A stretch of DNA of 55,466 bases, the filler included, from Basidiobolus ranarum (lineage: Eukaryota), in assembly GCA_040143965.1 (NCBI GenBank). It is 5 parts of 5 records of this genome, joined end to end, with 100 filler letters (N's around TTAATTAATTAA, not from the genome) between each part and the next. Parts side by side here need not be neighbours in the genome. Positions count along the whole stretch, not along the records: positions 11,137 to 22,156 come from JASJQH010007521.1; positions 22,257 to 33,270 come from JASJQH010007522.1; 3 more parts are not named here. One strand, given 5' to 3'. Position 1 is the first letter of the stretch. Each line of letters begins with the position of its first letter. The position numbers and the translations under genes are program-made. Below the pieces are notes generated by a model. The model had not been told where the DNA came from, searched no databases, and saw only the letters and a list, made by a program, of their open reading frames with translations. This document shows positions 12,377-23,300 of the stretch, one piece after another.

Positions 12377-13631
12377 ATGATGAGAAATTTAGTAAACTCG
12401 ATCGTCTCTACCTTCACTACCAACTTTCCTAACCAATCCAAAAATAATGATAGGCACATGCTAAAGAATTTGTTCTATGTAGTGAGGCTTAAGCCTTGCT
12501 ATCTGAATCCCTCTTCCACCGAAGATGCTATATTACCCGGGAAGGTAATAGAGGTAAGATTAGTAAACGACGTTCTGACTATGTATGGACGTCCAGGGGA
12601 TTCCGTTGGTGTTGTGCTGCGAGGCACAGTGTTAGTCAACCTAAGAAGGCCTATGAAAGCCCGATCAATTAAGTTGATGTTCAAAGGAACATTTACCATG
12701 GATTCTCCAACAGGTAATGTAGGATATATCTTCTTAGCAAACATCCCGCTCACCCATTTTTACAGATTTAATGCGTCGTGAAAGGACTATTATCGAGAAT
12801 CATCTGTGCTTTCTACGTACGCCAGAGGATACTCAAATCTTGAAGGCAAGTAGCTATCAATTTGATTTTGAGATGCCGCTTAATGGCGATCTACCTCCTT
12901 CAATCTATACCGGAGCGGCTAGTATTCATTACCAAGTGACTGCCATGATTGAACGTCCATTCCTTTATAGGAATATCATCGCACAATGTCCAGTTTCTAT
13001 ACAGCGTTCGATATTCCCTGATACGTTTGAAATCGACACCCCCTCAACTACATTCTCGGGGGTCTGGGCATCGTGTCTATACTACGACGTATCTATCCCA
13101 GATTTGAACTTCGTGATTGGAGAGATGATTCCATTGACCTTTAAGCTATACATCATGGCAAAAGCCTTGGAAATTCATTACGTTCATCTAGTGCTAGAGG
13201 AGAAAATTACGTACCAAGATGAAGAGTATCTATTTCCCACCTCTGTCAATGAATCCATTGCATGGCTAAAAGTAAGATGCCCAGATATCCACGACCAATG
13301 CTGGGAGGATACAATCTCCATGGAAATCCCCTCGAAAGCACATGAAGATTGTGGGCCTACGTTTGTGGAGGTTTCTCATAAGTTAATCATAAGGTTTGCC
13401 ATAAACCTACCCGACACAGGAAAGAACATCATATTTGGCCAAATTCCTATTAAACTGATGTCCACCGCCCAAGCAGAAGCATCAGGTTCTTTACCTCTAT
13501 ATGAGCCTCGACAGTTACCTTCCTTACCGCCTCCATTCCCTTCCACCTCACATCAACAGGAGGTGAATAGAGATGTATTGAATTTCGAGCACCCACCACC
13601 TCCTAAGTACTGCACCATTTCAGTTACGTGA
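12377..13631 (+). CDS. Alpha-arrestin (ART family, Rsp5 adaptor); intron 12714-12765; start codon uncertain
   Basis: Arrestin_N (LRGTVLVNLRRPMKARSIKLMFKG; YQFDFEMPLNGDLPPS...IHYQVTAMIERP), Arrestin_C (VSHKLIIRF), and C-terminal LPLY and PPKY motifs. A GT-AG intron joins the two ORFs in frame. Confidence 0.88.
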
Positions 13632-13825
13632 GGTTGATACTAAATATATAAACACATGTGTAATTTAGACAATTTTGCTTCCTCCTCTTTCATAGCTAGT
13701 TGTAATATTTTTGAAGTGTACAAAACTTACAGTATGTAAAATTCCAATAAAAATTCCATTATTTTTAAGATATATATGCACTTTAATTGAGTTAATGTGT
13801 ATGGACAATTAAGATTAATCGCGAT

Positions 13826-15195
13826 CTACATAAAGCGATAAGCAGTGAGGATGGTTACTAAAAGAAAAATAGCTTGTGGATTGTAAGATTGGACAGAACT
13901 ACTCTGGGACCCATCTCCGTCCTTAGCAGCCTACAACCTGGTTAGTAACTGTTCATTATATATCGGAAGAAAATGAGAACTTACCACAGCAAATCCGATC
14001 CGAGGCTTGTCACTCATGTCAAATGCAGTATAGAATTCCCTCAAGAATACATCACCAACAATCCACATCGTCTTCATCGACACAACTATAGTTAGTAACT
14101 GTCCATGCGTATATCTATGCGTGTATCTATATATACTTAACATACCTCTTGTGATCCTGCTGATGCGAACCCTGATATGTAAACTCCATCCCCGTTATCA
14201 ATACAATAATGCTGAGGCGATAGTGAGAGTTGCAAGTCTCCAAGCGTAATTTCTACTTGAGGTAGGCCTAGGCAACTACTTAGTTGATATAACCCTCCAC
14301 CCAAGGGGGCCCCATTGAGAGCCATATTGATAGCGTCAGCATCAGATTCGGGTATCGTTATCAAACTAGTACCCGTATCGATGGCAGCGACTAGGGAAAC
14401 GAGGTTGATCGGCGAGTCGTCAATTGAAACACCAACTAAAGGAACTGACCAATAATTTTGCTCATAAACATCAACCCAAGACAACGGCCCGGTATAATGG
14501 TTAGGGTCAAGGCCACCAAAAGTCACCTGGCCACGACTTGGATAGTTACCCAGCCACACACCAAACGTAGTCGAGTTCACCAAGTTCTCATCAATCATGT
14601 TGTAGAAGGGAGGTTTCACACGCATCCCACTAAGCTCAACAAATGCCATGCCCATAATACCGTCAGCTGTGGTGTTCTCAAAAAAATTTGATTCTTCCAA
14701 AGCTTGACCAAATTTTTGATTAGGGATGGTAATCCCGCCAATGGTACATGTATCCTGCGAAACAAAGCCCCTGATGCTACCAGTACCATACTTGAGAGAA
14801 AAGTTATCACCAATTTGATGGTATGTCGAGGATTTAGCAGCATCGAAATTTTTATGAGAACGACAAGCAAGCGATAGACACTTTGATGATGGTACCCAGA
14901 GATCCGCGCTACCAGTGTCAAAAATTACCTGGAACTTCTGTGGTGGTGTTCCGATAGTGATCTCTCCGAAATAACTCAAGTCATAACTATTGGACAGTTG
15001 GAGGGTTCCGCTTTGTGAATGGGTGCTATTTTCGATATGGTCGTACTTGTGTTGGAGTTGAACAATCGACATCTCCAATTGGTTACGAAGATATTTCGCA
15101 GGTCGATTCGAGCTAAGGTTCATGCGAACCAAGTTGTCACAATTGACTATTCCTACAGCAAGATAGAGTGCGCATAACTTGCGTAAAGACTTCAT
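13826..15195 (-). CDS. Secreted pepsin-family (A1) aspartic protease, probable GPI anchor; introns 14145-14072 and 13984-13931
   Basis: Signal peptide; catalytic VIFDTGSADLWV and AAIDTGTSLI; IVGDVFLREFYTAFD; last exon AAKDGDGSQSSSVQSYNPQAIFLLVTILTAYRFM*. Confidence 0.93.
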
Positions 15196-15668
15196 ACTGC
15201 TTGGGGGATATGTGAGTGACCAAGTGAAGCAGTAGGGACGATGGGTGGATCAATGGGTGGATCAATGGTAGGATGTGATGTTATGATTAGCGAAGGATAA
15301 GAATTGTTGGGCTTATATATTGGATGTTGCTATTCAAATTGGGAAAGTAACCAGGTACTGTTCTGATTGACAATAATAGAATATCCACCGACCAAACCCG
15401 ATAATAAAAACAGATTGGTCACCAAATTAGAAGATAGATTCAAATTTAGTAATTTTGGGTGCCTCTTGATATGTTATCCGATCAGCTAGGAATCATATGT
15501 GACGAATCATGTGACGAATCATTCTATTTACATGGTTCTTGCACTTGTGCTAAATCTCTCGGATATTAAGGCTCAGATCTTCATGGATATAAACAATTCT
15601 AATCAAAATACTGAATCTGTCTTCAAATCCGTCTGAAGATTGAAGCGATGTGCAAACACTTTCGCAAG

Positions 15669-15751
15669 TTAGGGTTGGGGTTAGGGTTAGAATACAAAGT
15701 CACACTCTACCATAATTTCTTGAGGTTATAACAAATCCGGCTAGGGTTAGG
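15669..15751 (+). promoter_or_regulatory. Short TTAGGG telomere-like motif cluster in a divergent promoter
   Basis: TTAGGG TTGGGG TTAGGG TTAG (15669-15690) and CTAGGGTTAGG (15741-15751). Confidence 0.45.
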
Positions 15752-16035
15752 TTCCATTATTTTGCTACAATTTCTGCATTATTTCTGCACTATTTCTCTG
15801 GTGTTACCGTCATAAACAGAAAGAAAACATTCCTATTTGTTCATTACTTGACTAGGATTGTTGTTTGTTAGATATCTGTCTACTTGGCTTTTACTAATTT
15901 TCAAACACCACCACTCCCGTCTTTTATCTTTATACCGACGTGTTTATTCTCTATTCAAGTATTAATTGCCAACTAACCTTAAACCGTCCCAAAATTCCAT
16001 TATTTGTTTATATCTGTAAATAACACCTGATATTT

Positions 16036-18917
16036 ATGGCGACCCCTAAAAATAAGGTTCAACCGTCTTTGCCGCGTAAAGCATCAACGCGTTTAACGCG
16101 AGCTCAAAATCAAAGAAGTATATTAGATTTTACACAGAGAAAATCTGAGTCAAGGTAGGGAAATAGATATATAACAGTTCCCGATCTCTAATAAGTGTTA
16201 ACTTCATTTGCTTTCTCTTATATCTCTTCTTAAATTAGAGAGGTAAATCTTCATGAATTGATTAGCCGATAAATCATGACTTAAGCTTGCATTCCTCTTT
16301 TCTTTTAGAGTTCACAGGAGCACTCTCTGTTAGAAAGAGAAAGAATGCCTCAAAACTCAGGTCCAAAACGTCTAATGCGTTCTCAGTCTAAAAAAATTCA
16401 TTCATCAGGTAAATCACAGCACTCTTCATGTCCTTATTTCTTGAGAATTAACCTGGACACTAGTTGAAGAAGTACCTTCAGATGAAGAGCGGCAAGTTGA
16501 ATTAGCCATTGCTCTGAGTCTCCAAGAGGCAGAGAATCAGGAAAGACAAAACACCCCCGAATCTTCAGGTATCGAGCACATTATTGACATTTCGCCTAGA
16601 AAACAAAACGATCAAGTGTTCTATCGAGAAACAAGTTACGAATCAGGTTTGCGAGTTTATGGTATACCATTACACTGGCTATGGTTTTTCTTATGCTTTG
16701 TTTATATTAGTAAACTGTGATGGTGACATTCTGGAGTTCGATTTAACTGAGCTTGATGATATTCAACCTCAAGTAAAAGATATGTCAGATAATAATGATA
16801 TGGTATCAACTCCAGTAAGACGGGCTTGTTCAGCATCATCGTTGAATACCCAAACATTACGTCGATTCACTAGCAAACTTAACTTGTCTACCCCCACTGT
16901 ACATACTTCTACACTATGCACGCCTCATGAGAATCGTTCTCCAATTCAGTCAACACCATCTGAGGCTCAACCTTACGAGCTACACAACAGTGACTTGAAA
17001 TCTACAACAAGTTCATCCCGAACGGTGTCTATTTTTGCTTCCCCGCCTCTCTCTCCGAATTTAGACGCAGATCTACATTCAAGCCCTAAATACTCACCAG
17101 GGTTAGTGAAACATCGCTGTATGTATCTTATATCGGCATATCTGAAATCCAACATTATATAAAGGTCCAAATCATCCAGAATTATCGCTGACGGAGACGA
17201 GAGGTCCTTCAATCTTCAAAATAATTCACCATCACCTTTATTTAGTCGATCCTCCTCAAGAATGGTTATATGCAGTAGTCCCGAAGAGGATAGCTTAAAC
17301 GATTTTGATGTCTTGCCTGTAAAGTCCACCACTCATTCACCCTACAAAACTAATCAATACACATCATCTCCGAAGTTCACCACTCATACTCCATCTAGTC
17401 GAAGAGATGGAAAAAACTTGCATTTTGCTAGCTCTTTTGCAGTTTCCTCACCAATTAGATCTGGAAACCCCGTTGACTTCCCGAGTTTAAATCCCAAATT
17501 TTCACCCTCTAGTTCCCCTCAAAGCGTTAAGAGGCAATTGTACTTTGATGAGTCCGAGACTCAGTCGCTTACACCAACCAAGAGACGTCCTGAATTTACT
17601 CGCAATCTGAGCTCAAGTGATCTTCTCCCGAAGTCACCTATGTATTCACCAACAAAAACACGTAATAGATCCGAAATTTCTCGTCAAACTACTACCGAAG
17701 TAAGTTGGTTTTTTTCAAATTCAAGGAAACTCTGTATCTATAAGTAGTTTTAATTGCGCTTTTTTAGGAGGACGATTTGGTGGCTTGTCCTATGTGTCAT
17801 AATAAGTTCCTCAAGAATATAATTGAGGTCCATGCTTCTGACTGTAACGGCCCGGTAGCCTCACCAACTGCCGAGTGTCCCGCAACAAGCACGATTACAA
17901 ATGGTCAGGCTGAGAATTGTGAACGGGAGCGTCAAAAATCTGCAGACTTAGCTTCTGCTGAGAAAATATCGAATTCTTTGACAAAGCCTAGAAGATCTTT
18001 AGGAAATCATAGAAAAAGCGCTGCTGATGTGTTTCTAATAAATACAAATAGTCAGGGAGATGATATTACTGGTTTCAGTGACGAAGAAAGTCGAGTTTTT
18101 GCGCCAATATCCACCAAGAGGATCCAAGCTGCTTTTCCTCTTTCACCTAGTGAGTTAAATTCCTTCTTTAAAAAATCATCAAATAGCAGACGTACTAAAA
18201 TATTTTTGTTTCCAAGCTACATTTGGGCTAGATGATCCATTTGGGTCTCATGTTAGCTCAAGTCAACCCAAAGGTAAAGCTAAAGTTATTGTCAAAAACC
18301 CTGTAAGCCCTCCTCGGATGAGATCTCGATCGATTAAAAGTAAAGGAGTGAGTGAAAACCATAACAAAGTGATGGGTGGTGTACCCAACAAACTTCAACC
18401 ATCTCGTCCAGGCTTGATCGCAAATACCGAGCCTATAAATATCTCAGAGACTTCAACATCTCATTTAGCGCCATTATTACAACATCAACCTTTAGATTAT
18501 TCTTTTGATGAGTATGAAAATGGATATGTGTGGGAGGGGGAGTCATCTGACCATGTAAACTCTTCTGGTGGTGGATTTGGTATAAATCGAAACACTCCAG
18601 CTCAAGAAACAAGTGTCAACATAGACAGTGAAGATGACGGTTACTCTTCACCACTAGAAGGCTTTACCAATTTACACGAGCATAAAAATGATCCTGAGCT
18701 TATGAAATACATGAGCCAGTTTGAGCCTTCTGCTCGTAGGCGAGCCGCTAGAATGGCCAAGGAAGCACAAGCAGATGGTCAATTACCATCTCGGACGTCT
18801 GCAACTGATCGTAGAACCTCGTTTCAAGGACGCAAAAATAAATGGTCTGGACGAAAAAGATGGAAGAGTTCCAAAAAGAAAGGAGTGGGAGCTTCCAAAA
18901 CACCCAACCGAAGGTAG
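16036..18917 (+). CDS. RAP80/UIMC1-like ubiquitin/SUMO-binding DNA-damage scaffold (PIP-like, UIM, SIM, UBZ-type zinc finger); 8 predicted exons including a 4-nt micro-exon
   Basis: Exons 16036-16154, 16239-16242, 16309-16408, 16464-16646, 16711-17101, 17165-17699, 17768-~18148 and ~18216/18231-18917 give one open frame. Motifs: QRSILDF; DEERQVELAIALSLQE (UIM); HIIDIS (SIM); CPMCHNKFLKNIIEVHASDCNG; SPLEGFTNL; basic C-tail. Confidence 0.65.
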
Positions 18918-20179
18918 CCCGTTATAGAATTTCATTGGTATTCACTGTTTCCCCACCGTACAATCTTCTTATATACTAATTTTTATTTAATTCTGTCAAT
19001 CTTTCTATTATCATATCGATTTATCTACTCTATACTAAAAATCCCAAATCCTGAAGGCCTAATGCTGGAACTGCTCCATCTTCACTTGCTACCACTCACT
19101 CTGGTAGGATACCACAGCATAATCACTATAATGATGAGCCTGGGTTTGGCTCAGAGGGATTTCGATGGGAAACTCGGGGAGTGGCTGCTTATGCGGGCTG
19201 GAGACTATAGGTATGGCACAGACTTGCATGTAACTTTAATATCACTTTGTCACATAAAATACTGGTCAGCCACTTCTCGTTTGTATCTTATAAACATATA
19301 TTCTGTAACATCCACCCACATTCACTTTATTTGGGGAAGCACATCATGGCTGTTATCTATGTAACTTCTAACTAAGCCTATCTATAGCCTCTGATAGTTT
19401 AGGTTTAAGGTCTATTATCTACATGTGGAACTGATAGGACTTGCGTGGTTTCACAAAGTGCTCTCGCTTTATATCAGTTACATCACCATTAGACATAGCT
19501 CATCCAATAAATAGGGCTTTCCTGGATTTCATTCATTTCGGTTATCTAGCATTTGAAATGTATATCAACAGGTAGTGGGGAACATAGCAGGTTTACACCA
19601 AGAGGAGAAACCTCAAAATTCAGGAACTTCATCCCTCTGTTCTACAACCATCGACTCTGCCGTTGTCACTCGTCATATTTGGTGGCTTGGCTTCAATAAC
19701 TAGAAATATATATATGTATCTAAAATGGGATTCATCGTGAAACAGAACTAGTAAGTTATCGTATACTCGATGATGGCCATCTAAGAATCAAGTACAGCAA
19801 ATCGATACTATCGGGTGACTTCACATGAGTAGATTCGAGCCAATAGTACTCCCTGTAATTTAACCGAGCTTTCCTTGTACCATCTCTCGTTAACACAAAG
19901 AAACCTTGCAGAATCAGCATTATGCTGCTCTTCTTATCTTCTCCTTCATAGATTAAATATGGAAAAACCGCTTTATAGTAGATTGAACATACCATATTTG
20001 GCTACAGATATACTTCAGTTCCATACAACATTATCTATCGCGCCGACCCGTGTGAACCGATTCAGTTCGTATCGAGAAGCCTAATACGTGATAAGATCCA
20101 GGCTGATATTGGCCCAATACCTATAAATATACGTGCTAGCAAGAGCCATCGGTTTCCCTGAGTTTTACTCTACTTCTAA

Positions 20180-21459
20180 ATGGCAGTTGAAGAAGCCAAG
20201 TTTTCTTGTCACTTTGCAAACAAACTTTCACTGTCTCAAAGCTTGCCAACTGGCGGATTTCATTATGGCTATTTTGAGAGCTCGTTGAACTCTTCGAAAT
20301 TTCTGGACTCTACTGCAAATCCATACTCAATCAAGCCAGACCCTAGCTTTGTACGATCATTGACAAACATATCTAAACGCCCTTTGACATATGATACTAT
20401 CAATTCTAACGATGAGACTTGCAATAATGCAGAAAATATTGTTCAAGTATGTGCTCAGACATGGCATTTGGAAGAGAGTGCTGACAGTGAAGATATAGCA
20501 GAATGTTCCCATTCTTTTAACCAGTTTACTTTTCTCCTCGATCACTTTGATGAAAACATTCGCAGCAGCATAGCCAAGCAAATCAAGACTCTATCTGGCG
20601 TAAGATACTTTTCTTTATCGCAAATCATCTCAAACATTTACCTTTGTCAATAGAATATGGCGTACTCTTTGACCGATAAAGTCACCCACATCGTGACCAA
20701 GCGCACGACCCAAGAAGTCCAAAGTCTCTTGGAAGCCTCACAGACCTTCCTCCAAAGATTACAGAAGCAAAGGGTGAAACTTTGGAGCTTGAACAGTAAA
20801 TATAATATGAATAGTAATTTCGGATGTCTACTGGTGCTGATAAATTGTGATATTCCAATGCTTAGAAATGGAAACTATACTGCATGAGCTCAATCGACTC
20901 TCAAAATCTGTTGAACAACCAGATCAATCTGAACGTATTTCGTCACAACAGCATGCTCAACCCGTTTATTTTGAAGAACTTTTTTTGTTAGTGGAAGATA
21001 TTACTGGAGATAATTGTCCAATTATGGCGGATGATATTGTTGTGCCTACCGATTTGGGATCCCGTAGTCCAGTATGGGATTATGTGATCCGAAAAAATCC
21101 TCAATGGACCCATCTACTACCCGAAGAAAATTGCCACGAAAAAAAGAAACCTAAACGACCACGTAGACATAAAAATGGGAAGATAACGCCAGGGAAATTG
21201 AGTAAAGCCAGAAAGAAAACTCCGGTGATCAAGAAAAAGATGCGTGGTTATTGTGAAAATTGTGATGTTTTATTCGAATGTATGGAAGAGGTAGGTTTAA
21301 TCACAAATCGTTTCAAAGTTACTCCCACTCCCACTTACACATGCCTTTCCTCTCTAGCATTTGCAAAATTCTACTCATCATCAACTTTCGACTATCCAAT
21401 CTCGTTTCGACGACCTGGATTCCGTTCTCTCTGCAGTCCAGAGAATTGAAATATCTTAA
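20180..21459 (+). CDS. Dbf4/Dfp1-like Cdc7 regulatory subunit; introns 20600-20653, 20796-20865 and 21291-21357
   Basis: Motif N (IKTLSG...VTHIVTKR...KLWSLNKM), motif M (LLVEDITGDNCPIM) and DBF zinc finger GYCENCDVLFECMEE|HLQNSTH. Confidence 0.85.
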
Positions 21460-21709
21460 ACTTCACCATATCTGTTCTTCTTGTATATACGCCTTGATTG
21501 TAACCATATAAATATTTCCAACCATATTCCCAACGACATAGCTGCTGCTGTCACTATGGATCTGAGGAGTTAATCTTACCTTGCAACCATGTTTTGAGAA
21601 CCAAGAATCCCGAATTCGTCTCTCACTTATTAGTTCACTCTTCTATTGATCGTGACAATGTTGTTGAAATTTTAGTGGACAAAGGGTCTAATGCCAGCAT
21701 TGGTATATA

Positions 21710-21791
21710 GGTGAGATGGCCGAGTGGTCCAAGGCGCTGCGTTCAGGTCGCAGTCTCTTCGGAGGCGTGGGTTCGAACCCCACTCTCATCA
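21710..21791 (+). tRNA. tRNA-Leu(CAG)
   Basis: Acceptor stem GGTGAGA/TCTCATC, A box TGGCCGAGTGG, anticodon arm CTGCG-TTCAGGT-CGCAG, long variable arm, T-loop GGTTCGAACC, followed by TTTT terminator. Confidence 0.96.
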
Positions 21792-22040
21792 TTTTCCTAA
21801 ATTATGTGTTTTGATTTTTGTATCCTTAGTTTGAGAGATGAAATGTAATTTAAAGAATGATGTAATAATAAAATGTATTTGAAATGGTCCAATCGTAGTA
21901 AATCGATCACACTACCAGATCCTAATTTGGAATAGTGTAGTGATGTAATATCTGTATATCTCAATAATCATTAATGGTGTCCCATAAGTTACAGTAGCAG
22001 CATACTTTTGAGCTATATAATCCCTTTTGCTTGCATTAGT

Positions 22041-22073
22041 GTGTCATGTTCCCCGGAACCTCTGACACTTGAA

Positions 22074-22104
<31 letters not shown>

Positions 22105-22156
22105 GGCCCCTGCACAAGCATGACACGTAACTCTTGAGTGGACCCCTCTTCGGAGG
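22041..22156 (+). ncRNA. U6: U6 spliceosomal snRNA (variant; 3' end runs into the contig end)
   Basis: Core AAAATTGGAACGATACAGAGAAGATTAGCATGGCCCCTGCACAAG(C)ATGACAC with ACAGAGA box and AGC triad; TATATAA ~25 nt upstream; 5' stem GTGTCA...TGACAC. Confidence 0.93.
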
Positions 22157-22256
22157 NNNNNNNNNNNNNNNNNNNNNNNNNNNNNNNNNNNNNNNNNNNN
22201 TTAATTAATTAANNNNNNNNNNNNNNNNNNNNNNNNNNNNNNNNNNNNNNNNNNNN
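22157..22256. other. Artificial contig linker
   Basis: N44-TTAATTAATTAA-N44. Confidence 0.99.
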
Positions 22257-22750
22257 AAATTCCTCATGAGAATAATGGGTCAGATCTTAGTGAAATATGG
22301 GATAACTAAATACTAAACTATATATTGTTGAAGTTTATTGTCTTTATCATATTTGTTATCTCTATCTTTATACACCTAATTATTTCATATATCACAAATA
22401 AGTTAGTTAACATTACTTAGTCAAATATCACTTAACTGCAAATTGGAAGATATATTATATATATATGTAAATAATGTGAGAATTAGCAATTCCATATTGG
22501 AAATTTCAAACTTGTCCAAATTGCCCCAAAGATAGCTCATTTTACCTCAACAAATGTTCTGAATACAACCCCAGTGTTAGTTTTCTGTATTCCCACCAAA
22601 ATGTATAAATGCTTTATTTCTGGAAAATAAATAATTATCTCACAAAGCTATTCACAACTCCACTTTTCTAAAGTTCCTCCAAACAACCTATATTTTCCCA
22701 ATATATATATCTATATAGGTGTTTAGACAATATTTATTTGAAAAATGACT
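22257..22750 (-). repeat. Dispersed repeat, copy C (partial), interrupted by a solo LTR
   Basis: 22257-22325 joined to 22709-22750 reconstitutes the sequence at 23200-23300 and, as reverse complement, 4520-4635. Confidence 0.8.
22326..22703 (+). mobile_element. Solo LTR, 378 bp, with 5-bp target-site duplication TATAT
   Basis: Ends TGTTG...CCCAATA (decayed CAACA), flanked by TATAT at 22321-22325 and 22704-22708; internal TATAAA and AATAAA. Removing it restores the host repeat exactly in length. Confidence 0.7.
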
Positions 22751-22954
22751 AACTCAGTAACTTAGCTCTAATCTTTCAACCTATATTAATCCAGATTTAC
22801 TACATTAAAGGCTAACAGTACTTTAGAAGAAATGTCAGGCTAACCAGAAATGAAGTCTGAGATATTCCTACTCTGCAACATGCTCTGATCATTGAGCTAT
22901 CAGTTCTTGTATTCTAGTACTCATCCAAGCTAGCCTTCAACATACATTTGAAGA

Positions 22955-23300
22955 TGTTAAAGTATTTGGAGCCTGTTGGAAGTGGTTTGGAGAATTAGAG
23001 AAATTAGAGGTTTTCATTTATTGATTTATTGAGTTAAAAGTAACAATTATAGTTTTGTCAAGATGTAAACAGACTAACATGTGAAATGTGCTAAGGAAAA
23101 TCCTAGAAACATGTGTGCAAAGTTTGAGGCTTCTAGCACAAGTTTGAAAAATCTATATATCTGAGAACTTCTAAGTTTGTAAAAATATTCCAAGTAAGTT
23201 CCTCATGTGAATCATGGGTAATATCTTAGTGAAATATAATATAACTAAGTACCAAGCTATATATGACTATATAGGTGCTTAGGCAATGCTAATTTCAACA
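22955..23300 (-). repeat. Dispersed repeat, copy B
   Basis: Reverse-complement similarity to 4520-4880. Confidence 0.85.

Noticed and set aside
15241-15521. Short tandem duplications (ATGGGTGGATCA x2, TGTGACGAATCA x2)
   Set aside because: Two-copy slippage repeats; no array or spacer structure, not CRISPR-like.
16072-16102. Cluster of MCB-like CGCG motifs
   Set aside because: Lies inside coding exon 1 and is explained by Pro-Arg and Thr-Arg codons.
16569-16599. Apparent 31-nt GT-AG mini-intron
   Set aside because: It reads through in frame (GIEHIIDISPRK, including the SIM); splicing it would shift the frame.
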